Assembly (NCBI GenBank): GCA_030390025.1
Contig: CM059426.1
Location: forward strand, 119,660,001-119,724,000
Length of the DNA stretch: 64,000 nucleotides
Direction of reading: 5' to 3'
Source: Squalus acanthias
Lineage: Eukaryota
Position numbers and translations under genes: made by a program
The notes under the pieces: model-generated
What the model saw: only the letters and a program-made list of their open reading frames with translations
The model's database searches: none
Told to the model about the DNA's origin: nothing
Part shown: one piece after another, positions 62,946 to 64,000 of the stretch
Layout of the letters: every line of letters starts with the position of its first letter
How positions within the stretch are numbered: the first letter of the stretch is position 1

Positions 62946-63350
62946 GTAAAGCTCCCTCTATATTGCCCCATCAAACACAGCACAGGTTAGATACAGAGTA
63001 AAGCTCCGTTTACACTTTCATCAAACACTTGCAAGTCAGGTACAACATGGGTTAGACACAGAATAAAGCTTTGTCTACACGGCCCCATCAAACACTCCCA
63101 GGTCAGGTGCAGCACGGGTTAGATTCAGAAATTTCCTCTGCCGCTGCAACTTCGATGAAAGATCGGTGAAAACCTTGGCTACCTCGCGTAAATGTGGTTT
63201 CTGCAAAGCTTCCACCAAAGTTACGACAGCCAATTGGGAGAATTCCTGGCGAGAGTACAGCTCTCTCTACACTGTCCCATCAAACGCTCTCAGGGCGGGT
63301 ACATCAAGAGTTAGATACAGAGTAAAGTTTCCACGACTCTATCCCAACAA
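62945..63350 (+). repeat. About 66-bp tandem repeat (GGTTAGATACAGAGTAAAGCTCCCTCTACACTGTCCCATCAAACACTCCCAGGGCAGGTACAGCACG-like), interrupted by a MITE at 63127-63249
   Basis: Four to five diverged units, plus a further unit at 62215-62294 on the other side of the L2. Confidence 0.85.
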
Positions 63351-64000
63351 CGTGCTCTAAACCCAACCTCCCACTGCAGCAGTCTAAGATTTCCTTTACT
63401 TGCAGAATGACAACTAAAGGGTAAATGTTCCATTTTCAGGCTCCTGCTGTGACGCCCTGCCTGCCAGGAGTGCAAATCAGAAAATTGTACGTGTAACACC
63501 TGATTTTCTACCCATAGAATGTGCGATTTCCTGATGTGCACTCCCAGTACTTGAGGCTCTGCGTCAGGAATGTGCAAATGGAAAATTCAGCCTTTAATGC
63601 CAGAATATGGGCATTTTTTTGCTGTGGACCTGTGCTCACTGCTAAATGGGTTGTGATTGCTCCAAGTTTATTTCATGCAGCAAGAGAGAGGAGACTTTCA
63701 TCCCATCAGTCTGGCCTGGATCTGACCCCTAATCCCAAGGACACTGCAGTCACTCAGTCGTTCAAATGTAGAATACCTTCATCTTCTAGATTAGCTCCTA
63801 TGTTGGTTCAGGCAGCCTCTTCAACAGTGCACAAGGGCAATGTCACAAGACAAAGCTGCCCTTCTGCAATCAATTTGAAAATAACCTTTATTTAACGCTG
63901 CACGTAAACAAGAAAACCGCGTTAGACAATGTGAAATGGAAAAACATAGTCGATAATTGTTGCAGCATATGCTTCAATTAAACTGACAGAAAAGAAAAAC

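Overview
This is eukaryotic genomic DNA, not prokaryotic. The repeat repertoire (CR1 3' ends with (TTCTTATG)/(AACATAGA)n tails, Deu-domain SINEs, Penelope-like pieces, the GTTAGATACAGAGTAAAGCTCCCTCTACAC repeat) points by inference to a cartilaginous fish (shark). I found no recognisable intact host protein-coding gene, rRNA, tRNA or CRISPR array, so the window reads as intronic or intergenic and transposon-dense. Most ORF-track entries are TE fossils or low-complexity artefacts. Contents: (1) CR1, L2 and other LINE fragments and several SINE families. (2) Penelope-like retroelement remnants, one with an essentially intact minimal type-I hammerhead ribozyme at 19431-19469, plus two fold-back insertions with 13-bp flanking direct repeats. 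(3) A PIF/Harbinger assemblage: a decayed two-gene element (transposase on +, Myb/SANT partner on -, about 52.6-55.6 kb), Myb-retaining deletion derivatives and many MITEs with 3-bp TSDs. (4) A 1.05-kb G-rich minisatellite inside a MITE. (5) A solo LTR. (6) Several unexplained local duplications: a 180-bp-period diverged repeat with splice-donor motifs, an 82-bp dispersed repeat and a perfect 64-bp tandem. I cannot claim a new biological system. The best leads are the ribozyme-bearing elements, the Harbinger derivatives and the 13.2-13.7 kb repeat. Family names come from recognition by eye, not database searches, and boundaries are approximate unless TSDs are quoted.
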